From NCBI GenBank assembly GCA_965237905.1, contig OZ250172.1, positions 320,001 to 384,000 of the forward strand: DNA of 64,000 nucleotides, given 5' to 3'. The stretch's first letter is position 1, and each line of letters begins with the position of its first letter. Source of the stretch: Nitrospinaceae bacterium (GTDB lineage: Bacteria; Nitrospinota; Nitrospinia; Nitrospinales; Nitrospinaceae). A program made the position numbers and the translations under genes. The notes under the pieces were generated by a model, which worked only from the letters and a program-made list of their open reading frames with translations, had not been told where the DNA came from and made no database searches. Positions 38,571 to 48,292 of the stretch are shown here, one piece after another.

Positions 38571-39452
38571 ATGCTTAACAGCATGACCGGTTACGGCCGG
38601 TCGGAAAAACAAAATGGACTGTTCGCCTGCAAGGCGGAAATTCGTTCTGTCAACAACCGCTTTATCGAAATCAATACCCGCCTGCCCAAGTTTTTGGCCC
38701 CACTGGAACTGCCCATCAAAAAGTTTATCAAGTCCAAATGCGCACGGGGTTCGTTCGACCTGTTCCTGAGCCTCGAAAAAAACGACGATTCCGGCACCGA
38801 TCTCGAAATCAAACCCAATCTGGGTCTTGCCACTCAATACTTCAAGGCCTTTAAGCAAATCAAAGATGAACTGGGCCTGGCGGGTGACATGCCCATCGAA
38901 GCTCTGCTGGGTGTGAAAGACATCATCAAAACAGAACCGCTGACTCTTGATACGTCTCAAGAAGAGATGATTCTGGAAACGGTGGGAGATGCTCTGTCGG
39001 CTCTGATAAAAATGCGGCAGGAGGAAGGCAGTAATCTACAAAAGGACCTTGCCAGCCGGTTGCAGGAGATTCATCACTTGGTGCAAAGCATCCAGGAACG
39101 TCAACCCGTGGTGCTGGAAGAATATCGCAACCGCCTCAACGACAAAATCAATAAACTGACCGAGGGAATGGAACTGGACGAAACCCGTTTGGCACAGGAA
39201 ACCGCCCTGCTGGCAGACCGGTGCGATATTTCGGAGGAAATCACCCGGTTGGGAAGTCACTTTGAGCAATTCAACGGCATGTTTGAAAAAGCAGGACCGA
39301 TTGGCCGGAAGATGGAATTCATCACCCAGGAAATCAACCGGGAAACCAATACCATCGGTTCCAAATCGGTGGACTACCAAGTTTCGCAGAATGTGATCGA
39401 GATCAAGAGTCTTCTGGAAAAAATCAGGGAACAAATCCAGAACATCGAATAA
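38571..39452 (+). CDS. yicC: YicC/YloC family endoribonuclease
   Basis: SMTGYGR, EIRSVNNR, DISEEITRL, QEINRETNTIGSK, REQIQNIE. Confidence 0.95.
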   Translation: MLNSMTGYGRSEKQNGLFACKAEIRSVNNRFIEINTRLPKFLAPLELPIKKFIKSKCARGSFDLFLSLEKNDDSGTDLEIKPNLGLATQYFKAFKQIKDELGLAGDMPIEALLGVKDIIKTEPLTLDTSQEEMILETVGDALSALIKMRQEEGSNLQKDLASRLQEIHHLVQSIQERQPVVLEEYRNRLNDKINKLTEGMELDETRLAQETALLADRCDISEEITRLGSHFEQFNGMFEKAGPIGRKMEFITQEINRETNTIGSKSVDYQVSQNVIEIKSLLEKIREQIQNIE

Positions 39453-39493
39453 ACCGCCCTTGGCCGGGCGAACTTCAACGACCTCATCTTTCT

Positions 39494-40120
39494 ATGGCTC
39501 AAGAAGGATTACCCATCATCATCTCAGCGCCCTCCGGTGCCGGCAAAACGACCCTCTGCCAGGCTCTGAAGAAACGGCTGCCCGATCTCAATTTTTCCGT
39601 ATCGCACACCACACGCCCTCCGCGCGAGAATGAACGGGATGGAGTGGATTATCATTTTATTTCCAAGGAAAAGTTTCTTGAGATGACCGACCGCAACGAA
39701 TTTCTGGAATGGGCCCAAATCCATGACAACTATTACGGGACTTCCCTGAAAAACATCGAGAACACCCTGCAAAAAGGAAAGGACCTGGTTCTCGAGCTGG
39801 ATGTTCAGGGCGTAGAATCCCTGCGTGCCCTGAAATATCAGGGAGTTTATATTTTTATTTTGCCCCCCTCCATGGAGGAACTCGAAAAACGATTGGCTGG
39901 GCGAGGCACGGAACCGGATAACCAGATCAAGCAACGCCTCGAAGTAGGCAAAAAAGAAATCGCTAAAAGTCGTCTTTATGATTATGCCGTGACCAATGTG
40001 AATGTCGATGAGTCGGTGGATACCCTTCTCTCTATCATCCGTGCTGAAAAAAACCGGGTGAGCCGTTGCCAACCCGATTGCCCCGAAATCCGGAAAATCA
40101 TTGAATCGGGAACCGCCTAG
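39494..40120 (+). CDS. gmk: Guanylate kinase
   Basis: SAPSGAGKTT, SHTTRPPR.NE.DGVDYHF, YYGT. Confidence 0.97.
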   Translation: MAQEGLPIIISAPSGAGKTTLCQALKKRLPDLNFSVSHTTRPPRENERDGVDYHFISKEKFLEMTDRNEFLEWAQIHDNYYGTSLKNIENTLQKGKDLVLELDVQGVESLRALKYQGVYIFILPPSMEELEKRLAGRGTEPDNQIKQRLEVGKKEIAKSRLYDYAVTNVNVDESVDTLLSIIRAEKNRVSRCQPDCPEIRKIIESGTA

Positions 40121-40122
40121 TC

Positions 40123-41193
40123 ATGTCCAATCTGGATTTAATTCAACTCGTCAAAGAAAAAGTTCAATCGCTGAAAGCCTACCATGTGGAGAATATCGAT
40201 TGCGAAATCAAACTCCACGCCAATGAAAATTCATTTCCGCCACCTCCGGAAATCCTCAAGCAGTTTGAAGAGGTTTTCAAATCCACCGAGTTCAACCGTT
40301 ATCCGGATCCCGACTGCGGCCCACTGAAGCAAACCCTTGCCAAGCGATTGAACGTCGCACCCGAAAATTTGGCTATCGGCAACGGGTCCGACGAGTTGAT
40401 TCAGATCCTTCTGCAGATTTTCTGCGATCCCGGCGAAACGGTTGGCTTTCCCGACCCCACGTTCGCCATGTACGCCATCATCGCTCAGGGAATGGGCCTG
40501 AAGTCGCAAACCCATCCGTTGGATGACCAATGGGATTTTAAAGCGGCACCGTTTCTCGAATCGTTGGAAAAAAGCCAAGCCCGTATCGCTTTTATCAGTT
40601 ACCCCAACAATCCTACGGGCAATTGTTTTTCCGCACCGGAAGTGCAAAAGGTCATCGAAAATTTTTCCGGCATCGTGGTACTGGACGAGGCGTATCATGA
40701 TTTCGCCGGGAAAACCTTTCTTTCCGAATTGCCGAAACACAACAATTTGGTCCTCTTAAGAAGCCTGTCGAAAATCGGCTTGGCCGCCCTGCGGGTGGGG
40801 TATGCTATCGCGGACCCCATCATCATCGACCAGATCGACAAAATAAGACTTCCTTACAACTCCAACACCCTTTCCCAGAAATTGACGGAGCGGTTGCTGG
40901 ACCACTTCGCTCCCGTACAAAGGCAACTGGATGCCCTGATGAAAGAGCGGGACGGGATGATCCGGGAACTCTCCAAATTCAAATCACTCAAAGTCTTTCC
41001 ATCCGACGCCAACTTCGTACTTTTTCGAGTGGAACAGGATTCCGGCGCCCTCTTCAAGCAGTTGATGGAAAACGGCATATTGATCCGCGATTTAAGCAGT
41101 CACCCACGCCTCAAAAACTGCCTGCGGGTCACCATCGGAACACCTGATGAAAATAAGGCGTTTTTGGAGAAAATGGCACATATAATCAAATAA
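40123..41193 (+). CDS. hisC: Histidinol-phosphate aminotransferase
   Basis: LHANEN, NRYPD, GNGSDELI, PNNPTG, DEAY, RSLSK, RVTIG. Confidence 0.95.
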   Translation: MSNLDLIQLVKEKVQSLKAYHVENIDCEIKLHANENSFPPPPEILKQFEEVFKSTEFNRYPDPDCGPLKQTLAKRLNVAPENLAIGNGSDELIQILLQIFCDPGETVGFPDPTFAMYAIIAQGMGLKSQTHPLDDQWDFKAAPFLESLEKSQARIAFISYPNNPTGNCFSAPEVQKVIENFSGIVVLDEAYHDFAGKTFLSELPKHNNLVLLRSLSKIGLAALRVGYAIADPIIIDQIDKIRLPYNSNTLSQKLTERLLDHFAPVQRQLDALMKERDGMIRELSKFKSLKVFPSDANFVLFRVEQDSGALFKQLMENGILIRDLSSHPRLKNCLRVTIGTPDENKAFLEKMAHIIK

Positions 41194-41231
41194 TTATGGA
41201 TATTTTGGCCATTTTCTGATCTCCTATAAGT

Positions 41232-42281
41232 ATGGCAGATCAAAAGGCAAAATCATTGCGACAATGGCTCCAATCCAGGCTGGTTCTATTCTCCGCTGTG
41301 ATGGGGATCACGGGAATCGTCTTTATCGTCCTCTTGTACAATTATGGCAACACTCCCGCCAGTTCAAGCCCGGTGGAGCAGGTTGTCGAGATCAAACCGG
41401 GTATGACCCTCAGGCAAGTCTCCAATTTTCTCGCCGATAAGAAATTGCTGGATGAACCCAGCGCGTTCGTCCTGTACGCCTATTTTCAGGGAAAGCAAAA
41501 CCGCATTCAGGCGGGAGAGTACCGGTTTTCCCCATCCATTCCTCCCTGGAAAATCCTGGAGTCCCTGACAAACGGCACGGCCATTCTTTATACGGTCACG
41601 ATTCCAGAGGGTTATCGAATCACCGAGATAGCAGAATTAATGGAAAAAAAGGGGCTAGTGAACAAGGAGGCATTCATCGCGGAAACGCGAAACAAGGAGC
41701 TGCTGGATGCTCTCCAAATTCCTTCAGACGGCAGTCTGGAGGGCTATTTGTACCCTGAAACTTATAAGTTTTCCAAGGCTGTAGGAGCCAAAAAGATCGT
41801 TAAAACCCTTGTCGATACTTTCAAGGAACGCGTCCAAAAACCCGAATTGATGCAACAAACAAAAGCGGGTAATCTCACATTTCACGAAATCGTTACCCTC
41901 GCCTCCCTGATCGAAAAAGAAACCGGGCTCGGAACGGAAAGAAAATTGATCTCTTCGGTTTTTCACAATCGTCTGGTTAAAAAAATGCGTTTGCAAACGG
42001 ACCCGACCGTCATCTACGCAATGATGAGTTTCGACGGCAATATCCGCAAAAAGGATCTGTCCATTGATTCTCCCTACAACACCTACAAGTGCTTTGGACT
42101 TCCCCCCGGTCCGATTGCCAGTCCGGGTCTGGACTCCATTCGGGCGGCGCTGGACCCGGACCATTCGGATTTCCTCTATTTTGTTTCCCGCAAGGACGGG
42201 AGTCATCAGTTTTCCACCAACTACGAGGACCATACCCGGGCCGTTCAAAAGTACCAGCTGAACCACCGGGTCCGTGGTTGA
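41232..42281 (+). CDS. mltG: Endolytic transglycosylase MltG
   Basis: TIPEG, LEGYLYPETY, LASLIEKE, LQTDPTV, SPYNTY, GLPPGPI. Confidence 0.95.
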   Translation: MADQKAKSLRQWLQSRLVLFSAVMGITGIVFIVLLYNYGNTPASSSPVEQVVEIKPGMTLRQVSNFLADKKLLDEPSAFVLYAYFQGKQNRIQAGEYRFSPSIPPWKILESLTNGTAILYTVTIPEGYRITEIAELMEKKGLVNKEAFIAETRNKELLDALQIPSDGSLEGYLYPETYKFSKAVGAKKIVKTLVDTFKERVQKPELMQQTKAGNLTFHEIVTLASLIEKETGLGTERKLISSVFHNRLVKKMRLQTDPTVIYAMMSFDGNIRKKDLSIDSPYNTYKCFGLPPGPIASPGLDSIRAALDPDHSDFLYFVSRKDGSHQFSTNYEDHTRAVQKYQLNHRVRG

Positions 42282-42457
42282 CCAATAAAATCCTATATTT
42301 TTAACCCATTTAGGTAGAATTTAATTAAGTAATAGATTATCTATTCTTGTCCCTCAATTTAACTCATCCCTCCTATTCCAGCGGTCGTAATTATTGGTAT
42401 CAAGGCTTGTTTTTTTCGAGTACTTTGACGATAAGAAAAAAATAAACTCCTATCTCC

Positions 42458-44740
42458 ATGTCTATGAAATTTAAAATCATACTCCCATTTCTACTACTCC
42501 TGATCTGGCACCTGCCCGTGCCCGCGAGCGCGGATTTCCTCAGAATCGACGAGTACAAAGCCGCCCTCAAGGTGGACCCCAAGGATCATGTTGCGCATTA
42601 CGGCTTGGGCCGGGCTTACCGGCAAATGGGATTGTACGAAGACGCTATTAAAGAGTTCGAGCAGGTTTTAAAACTGGAGCCATTGTTCCCGGCCGCTTAT
42701 TTTGAAGCCGGCGAAAGCCATAAAGCCTTAAAAAGGTTCAAGCAGGCCGCGGACGCTTATCTGGAGGCGATCCGGATGGACCCTCATTATCCGGAAGCCC
42801 AATACGGGTTGGGCGACACCTACCTCATTATGGGGCAGTATGCTCGCGCCATCGATCATCTAAAAGAAGCCATCCGCCTCAGTCCGAATCTCAGCGAACC
42901 GTATTTTGCCTTGGGAAAGACCCACGCCGCGCAGGGCAATCACAAACGTGCCATCCAGGAATACAACAAAGCGCTTAATTTGAATCCCCTGCAGCCGGAG
43001 TGGCTGTACGCCTTGGGCCAAAGTTATGAAATCAAAAAACAATACCGGCGGGCCATGGCGGAATATCGCCAGGCGCTGGATCTGGATGCCAACTTTTACC
43101 GGGCCTATTCCGGTATCGGGCGGATTTATTTCAAACAAGGAAAACTGCGCAAGGCCCTGCCTCTCTTGCAGGATGCCCTGCTGGTTTACCCGAAGGACGA
43201 TGCCGCGCTGGACTACCTCGGACGCGTCTACTTTACTTTGGGCCAGCATAAGAAAGCCCTGCATCATTTGGAGCAATTAATCCAGGTTCGCCCGAAAAGC
43301 GCCGAGGCTCATTTCCAGTTAGGCAAAGCCTATTTGTCCCGTAATAACTATTCCAAGGCCAACCAATATTTCCAGGAAGCCGTTCGGTTGGACGACCGCC
43401 ATAAAAGGGCACACTTCAAATTGGCAAAATCATTTGAACAATTAAATGATTTGGAACAGGCCGCGCGGGAATACGGTCGGGTCGTACAAATCGATCCCAA
43501 ATATTCCCGGGCCTACTACCGATTGGGCACTATCCACATAGGCCTGAAGCAATACGACCAGGCCGTAAAAGCTTATGAAGCGGTGCTTCGGATTCAACCC
43601 TTAAACAAGGACGCCCAGGAACAGCTGGCCATCGCTTATGTTTATATTGGAAATTACAAAGACGCGGTACAGGGCTTTCAGAAAATTTTAAAGGACAAAC
43701 CCAAGTCGGCGAATCTCTGGTTTCAGTTGGGAAAGGCCCATTATTTCGAAAACAGCTACCGGGAAGCGATTCCTGCGTTCAATGAGTCCTTGCGCCTGAA
43801 TCCCAATACTGCCTGGGCCTATTTTTATCTGGGTGAGTCTTATCTGAAATCAGGAAATTACAAACAGGCGGTACCTCCCTATCGCAAAGCCCTGGCGCTG
43901 AACCCAGAACTCAAGGAAGCCGAACTGAGCCTGGGAATGGCCTATACCCAACTCCACCAGCCGAAGCACGCTTTGTTTTATCTGAAAAAAGTGATCGAAC
44001 GAGACAGTAAGAACTCCGAGCTGTATTTGCTGATGGCGGAAAACTATTTAAGGCTCGGCAAACACAAGGAAGCCATCGCCCCTTACAAAAAAGCGCTGGA
44101 GGTGGAGCCAAACAATCAAAAGATATGGCTCCATCTGGGGACGATTTATCTGAAAATGAAACGGTACGAGGATGCGATCGCGACCTATCATAAAGTTCTG
44201 CAACTGTCCCCCAACGATCCCCGTGTTTATTACGAGATAGGAAAAGTCAACACCACCGTGGGACGTCACGAAACTGCCCTCAATGCCTATGTCAAGGCCA
44301 TCCAGCTTCGGCCCAATTACCTGAGAGCGCGTTACCGGCTGGGCCTGTTATTGGAGTTAATGGGGAGGCACAAAGAAGCGATCAAACTATTTCAGTCCGC
44401 TCTGAAAATTCCTCACAAGGGGGATCGCGTCTATCTCAGCCTGGCTTGGGCTTTGACCGAAGAAAAACGGTTTTACGAAGCGGTGGACGTCTTGAGCAAG
44501 TCGATCGCGCGGAACCCGAAAAATCCAGAGTCCCATTATGTCCTGGGGCGGGCTTATCAGGGATTGGGACGCCTGCCTCTGGCGGTTCAATCGTACCAGG
44601 AAACTCTGCGCCTCAACCCGGGCCATTCGGGAGCCCAGTTCAAATTGAACCTTCTCCAGGCCCGGATGAAGGGTAAAGACCCTGTGCCGGTTTCCACCAC
44701 ACCACCCTCTTCCGTGCCGGTACCCATCCTGGAAGATTGA
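42458..44740 (+). CDS. Exported multi-TPR protein (about 20 TPRs)
   Basis: Signal peptide then continuous 34-aa TPRs. Confidence 0.9.
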   Translation: MSMKFKIILPFLLLLIWHLPVPASADFLRIDEYKAALKVDPKDHVAHYGLGRAYRQMGLYEDAIKEFEQVLKLEPLFPAAYFEAGESHKALKRFKQAADAYLEAIRMDPHYPEAQYGLGDTYLIMGQYARAIDHLKEAIRLSPNLSEPYFALGKTHAAQGNHKRAIQEYNKALNLNPLQPEWLYALGQSYEIKKQYRRAMAEYRQALDLDANFYRAYSGIGRIYFKQGKLRKALPLLQDALLVYPKDDAALDYLGRVYFTLGQHKKALHHLEQLIQVRPKSAEAHFQLGKAYLSRNNYSKANQYFQEAVRLDDRHKRAHFKLAKSFEQLNDLEQAAREYGRVVQIDPKYSRAYYRLGTIHIGLKQYDQAVKAYEAVLRIQPLNKDAQEQLAIAYVYIGNYKDAVQGFQKILKDKPKSANLWFQLGKAHYFENSYREAIPAFNESLRLNPNTAWAYFYLGESYLKSGNYKQAVPPYRKALALNPELKEAELSLGMAYTQLHQPKHALFYLKKVIERDSKNSELYLLMAENYLRLGKHKEAIAPYKKALEVEPNNQKIWLHLGTIYLKMKRYEDAIATYHKVLQLSPNDPRVYYEIGKVNTTVGRHETALNAYVKAIQLRPNYLRARYRLGLLLELMGRHKEAIKLFQSALKIPHKGDRVYLSLAWALTEEKRFYEAVDVLSKSIARNPKNPESHYVLGRAYQGLGRLPLAVQSYQETLRLNPGHSGAQFKLNLLQARMKGKDPVPVSTTPPSSVPVPILED

Positions 44741-44975
44741 TTCCGCACCTATCCGGCACAAGACCGCCCGGCTAAGGTAACCCGCTGATTTTTCTCAACC
44801 TCGCATTGTTTTGAAAGAGGCTCAAGCAGGTCCTCCAAAATCCTTTGCGGTACCCAAAAAACTCCAACTCCTCTAAAATTCAACTCCCTTGAACCCCTTC
44901 AAAAATTGGCGGTTAAACCGGTCTCCCGGCAGAATCGAAGTGAAAATAACACCACATTTCAAGCCATATATTTAG

Positions 44976-45005
44976 TTGACAGTCGCCGGACCCCCCCTAT
45001 ATACT
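44976..45005 (+). promoter_or_regulatory. Putative sigma70 promoter of nuoE-G-D
   Basis: TTGACA-18bp-TATACT; spacer contains a C7 run. Confidence 0.6.
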
Positions 45006-45112
45006 TCGGATTTCGTTTTGGATTTGATATAGTTGAATCGCGAATATCCTTGTAAAATTGGGAGTCTCAGCAGACTCCCGATACCCAACAATCACAATAT
45101 TGGAATCTTCCC

Positions 45113-45640
45113 ATGGAAACTCTAGATAACGAAAATATACCTGAAGAGACTGCGACCGAGACCGCTCCGGAAGAAAAAAAGATTTGCATGGAAACGGTTT
45201 GCCGGATATTGGACAGCTTTCCCAGCCGGTCCCGGCGGTATCTGATTCCCATGATGTCGAAAATGCAGGAGGAGTTCCGCTATCTCCCTGAGGACGTTAT
45301 CAAACTCGTGATGAAGGAACTGAAAATCACCCGCGCCGAAATTTATGGGGTGATTTCTTTTTATCATCAATTTCGTGTCACCGAGCCGGGAAAATATATA
45401 TACAGATTATGTTATGGCACCGCTTGTTTCGTAAAAGGAGCGCCCATCATTGCCGAGAAATTGAAGGAAAAATACCATATCGGCCAGGGGGAAACGGATG
45501 AAACCAAGCTGTTCACCCTGGAGTTTGCTTCCTGCCTGGGAAACTGCGGCGCCGCACCCATGGCCATTATCGGGGACGATACCTACGGCACCATCGATCC
45601 TGAAAAAACCATCGAAATCAGCAACAAATACACCCTTTAA
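45113..45640 (+). CDS. nuoE: NuoE/HydC-like [2Fe-2S] subunit
   Basis: LIP..SKMQEEFRYLP, GVISFYHQF, CYGTAC and CLGNC ligands. Confidence 0.85.
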   Translation: METLDNENIPEETATETAPEEKKICMETVCRILDSFPSRSRRYLIPMMSKMQEEFRYLPEDVIKLVMKELKITRAEIYGVISFYHQFRVTEPGKYIYRLCYGTACFVKGAPIIAEKLKEKYHIGQGETDETKLFTLEFASCLGNCGAAPMAIIGDDTYGTIDPEKTIEISNKYTL

Positions 45641-45672
45641 TTGTAAACAAAAACTAGGAGCCCATAGCTGTT

Positions 45673-48249
45673 ATGAGCACCGCTGTAAAAAAAACGATCA
45701 ATTTTACTCTGAATGGCGAACCCATCTCCGCTCCCGAGGGAACGGTGATTCTGGACGCCGCCAAACGAAAAGGCGTCTTTATAACCAATTTGTGTTCCAA
45801 CCCGCAACTGAAACCCTTCGCCGCCTGCCGCACCTGCATGGTGGAAACCGTGGTCGACGGCAAAAAAGAGTTGGTGTATTCCTGCACCCACCCGGTCTCT
45901 GAAGGGATGGCCGTGAGAACCGATACCGAGGAAAGCGACCGCTACAACAAAGCCTGTTTGGAAATGCTGTTGGTGGAGCACCCGCTGGACTGCCCGATTT
46001 GCGATAAATCCGGAGTGTGCCCGCTACAAGACAACACCGATGCCTTAAGCCTGTATAACGGACGTTTTGAAATCCAGCGGCGCAACGAACCCAGCATCAA
46101 GACCAACCCCATCATCGAGTTTTATCTCAACCGATGCATCATGTGCGGGATGTGCGTTCGTGTCTGCGATGAAATCCAAGGCGTGCAGGCACTCGATTAT
46201 CACAAGCGCGGTTATAAAATCACCATCGGCACCGCCAACGAGGAACCGCTGGATTGCGAATTCTGCGGACAATGCATCACCGTCTGCCCCACCGGCGCTT
46301 TGATGGACCTGACCTCCGAGGCACGGGGCCTCGCTTCCATGTTCACCAATACGGAGACCACCTGCAATTTCTGTTCGTGGGGTTGTACGTTCAAACTGGA
46401 AACCAAAAAAGGCCAATTGGTCCGCATCGAAGGCGACGAAACCTTCGATGTCGGAATCAACCAGGGCAACCTGTGTGCCAAGGGACGGTTCGGACACGGT
46501 ATGGTGCAAAACGAAAACCGCATCCAAACCCCTCTGATGAACGTCGGCGGAGAATTCAAGGAAATCGGTTGGGGCGAAGCCATACAAACCATCGCAGAAC
46601 GCATCACCGCGACCGTGAACCGGAGCGGGCCTGCAAGCCTTGCGGCCATTGGTGGAGAAACGCTGACCAACGAAGAAAATTACCTGCTTCAAAAGCTGTT
46701 CCGGGAGGTCATCGGATCCAACCAGGTCACCAACCTGAATCATTTGCGCGCGCCCTACATCAATGCATTCCAACAGAAATGCTTTGAAGGCGGGATCGTC
46801 TCTAAGCCCATTACGGAGTTGGCAGAAGCCGATGTCGTTCTGCTGTTCAATACGGATATTCCTTCCGAATATCCCGTGGCGGGCAACTCCATCCGTCAAG
46901 GCGCCATTTACACCGGCACGGACATTCTGATCGCCAACCCCAGGAATGTGGAATTCAGGCACGAATCCCGGGTGGAAGTGCGCATGACCTACAAACCGGA
47001 GTCCGATGCCGCAGTGGCGAACCGGATCAGCCGGATCCTCATCGACAACAATCTCATTGATATCGCCAAAGTCAAGCAAGCTCTACCCAACTACGACGCC
47101 CTCGTGCAATCCCTGGTCAAATATACAGGCCTGTATACCGAGGAAGTCACAGGTGTGAGCGATGCGACTCTGATTCAGGCGGCTGAGCGGCTGGGACAAA
47201 ATGCCGACCGGTTTATTTTGATAGGTAACGATATTATAGAGACCGGACGGGGTGAAGCCATCCTGAGCGCCTTGCTGAACCTCAGTTTACTTCTCCTGCA
47301 TGGCGGTGAGGGGAGTGTCAATATCTACCCGCCGAGGGAGCATTGCAACTCTCAGGGGGTCAACGATATGGGAATGGTTCCGGAGACTCTTCCGGGATAC
47401 CAGCCGAATAATCTGAACCAGCAAAACCAGGTCGCCGATCTTTGGAAAAACTGTTCTCAAGGCGCTATCAAAATGCTGTTCATCGCCGGGGAAAACCCGT
47501 GCCATTCCAGCAACCGGGCCGCCATCGTGAAAGACGCCCTCCAAACGGTTCCCTTTCTCGTCGTTCAGGACATGTACATGACGGAAACGGCGCGTATGGC
47601 GGACATTATTTTGCCCACCTGCTCCTATGCCGAGAAGGAAGGCACGTTCACGAATATGTCCCGCCACGTACAACGAGTGGCACCCGCGGTTCTGCCTGAA
47701 GGACAAGCGCGCCCCGACTTCGAAATATTCGGCGATTTGGCGCAGGCGCTGGGCAAGCCGTTCGCTCATAGCTCCTTACGGGAGGTTCAAAAAGAAATTG
47801 AAAACGTTGCGCCCAGTTATAAGGGAACGTTCCCCGGCAAGAAATCGGCGCAATGGATTCCGACGGAATCCGGAAGCCAACCCGAGTTTGCACTTGTGGA
47901 AGAGGATGCCGTTGAGACTCCTCCACAGGACTACCCGCTGAAATTGATCACCAACAACCATATGTTCCACATTGGGAGTTATTCGCATTACGCCAAGGCG
48001 CTGGTCGATATTGGACCCGATTGTGTGGCCGAAATCAGCTATGAGGATTCCCAGGCAATGAATATCAACTCCGGCGATCGGATCCGAATTAAATCGGAAA
48101 CGGATTTTCTGGATGTCCCGGTGGCGGTCACCGACCGCACCCCTCCGGGCGTGGTGTATGTGCCCAAAAACTGGGTGGACGTACCGGTCAACAAACTGAG
48201 AAACGGGAACCGGGGACTCATTCCCGTAAGTATCAACAAACAGGATTGA
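45673..48249 (+). CDS. nuoG: NuoG-like / formate dehydrogenase-alpha-fold Fe-S subunit
   Basis: 2Fe-2S (C..ACRTC..C), HPLDCPICDKSGVC, CIMCGMCVRVC / CEFCGQCITVCP, CNFCSWGC..LCAKG; molybdopterin-oxidoreductase fold. Confidence 0.8.
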   Translation: MSTAVKKTINFTLNGEPISAPEGTVILDAAKRKGVFITNLCSNPQLKPFAACRTCMVETVVDGKKELVYSCTHPVSEGMAVRTDTEESDRYNKACLEMLLVEHPLDCPICDKSGVCPLQDNTDALSLYNGRFEIQRRNEPSIKTNPIIEFYLNRCIMCGMCVRVCDEIQGVQALDYHKRGYKITIGTANEEPLDCEFCGQCITVCPTGALMDLTSEARGLASMFTNTETTCNFCSWGCTFKLETKKGQLVRIEGDETFDVGINQGNLCAKGRFGHGMVQNENRIQTPLMNVGGEFKEIGWGEAIQTIAERITATVNRSGPASLAAIGGETLTNEENYLLQKLFREVIGSNQVTNLNHLRAPYINAFQQKCFEGGIVSKPITELAEADVVLLFNTDIPSEYPVAGNSIRQGAIYTGTDILIANPRNVEFRHESRVEVRMTYKPESDAAVANRISRILIDNNLIDIAKVKQALPNYDALVQSLVKYTGLYTEEVTGVSDATLIQAAERLGQNADRFILIGNDIIETGRGEAILSALLNLSLLLLHGGEGSVNIYPPREHCNSQGVNDMGMVPETLPGYQPNNLNQQNQVADLWKNCSQGAIKMLFIAGENPCHSSNRAAIVKDALQTVPFLVVQDMYMTETARMADIILPTCSYAEKEGTFTNMSRHVQRVAPAVLPEGQARPDFEIFGDLAQALGKPFAHSSLREVQKEIENVAPSYKGTFPGKKSAQWIPTESGSQPEFALVEEDAVETPPQDYPLKLITNNHMFHIGSYSHYAKALVDIGPDCVAEISYEDSQAMNINSGDRIRIKSETDFLDVPVAVTDRTPPGVVYVPKNWVDVPVNKLRNGNRGLIPVSINKQD

Positions 48250-48292
48250 CGGCCAGCCTGTCTTTTACTGAAGATAGAACACGAGCATAATT

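Noticed and set aside
44741..44975. Intergenic region with three AACTCC hexamers, checked for tRNA/ncRNA
   Set aside because: No cloverleaf or T-loop motif and irregular spacing; not supportable
46045..47079. 344-aa antisense ORF opposite nuoG (also 61675-62616 opposite the transaldolase and 21140-21955 opposite the spermidine-synthase-like gene)
   Set aside because: Overlap well-supported genes on the other strand almost entirely; typical shadows
45673..48249. Call as catalytic formate dehydrogenase alpha subunit
   Set aside because: No Cys/Sec-His at the apparent Mo-ligand site; flanked by nuoE and nuoD
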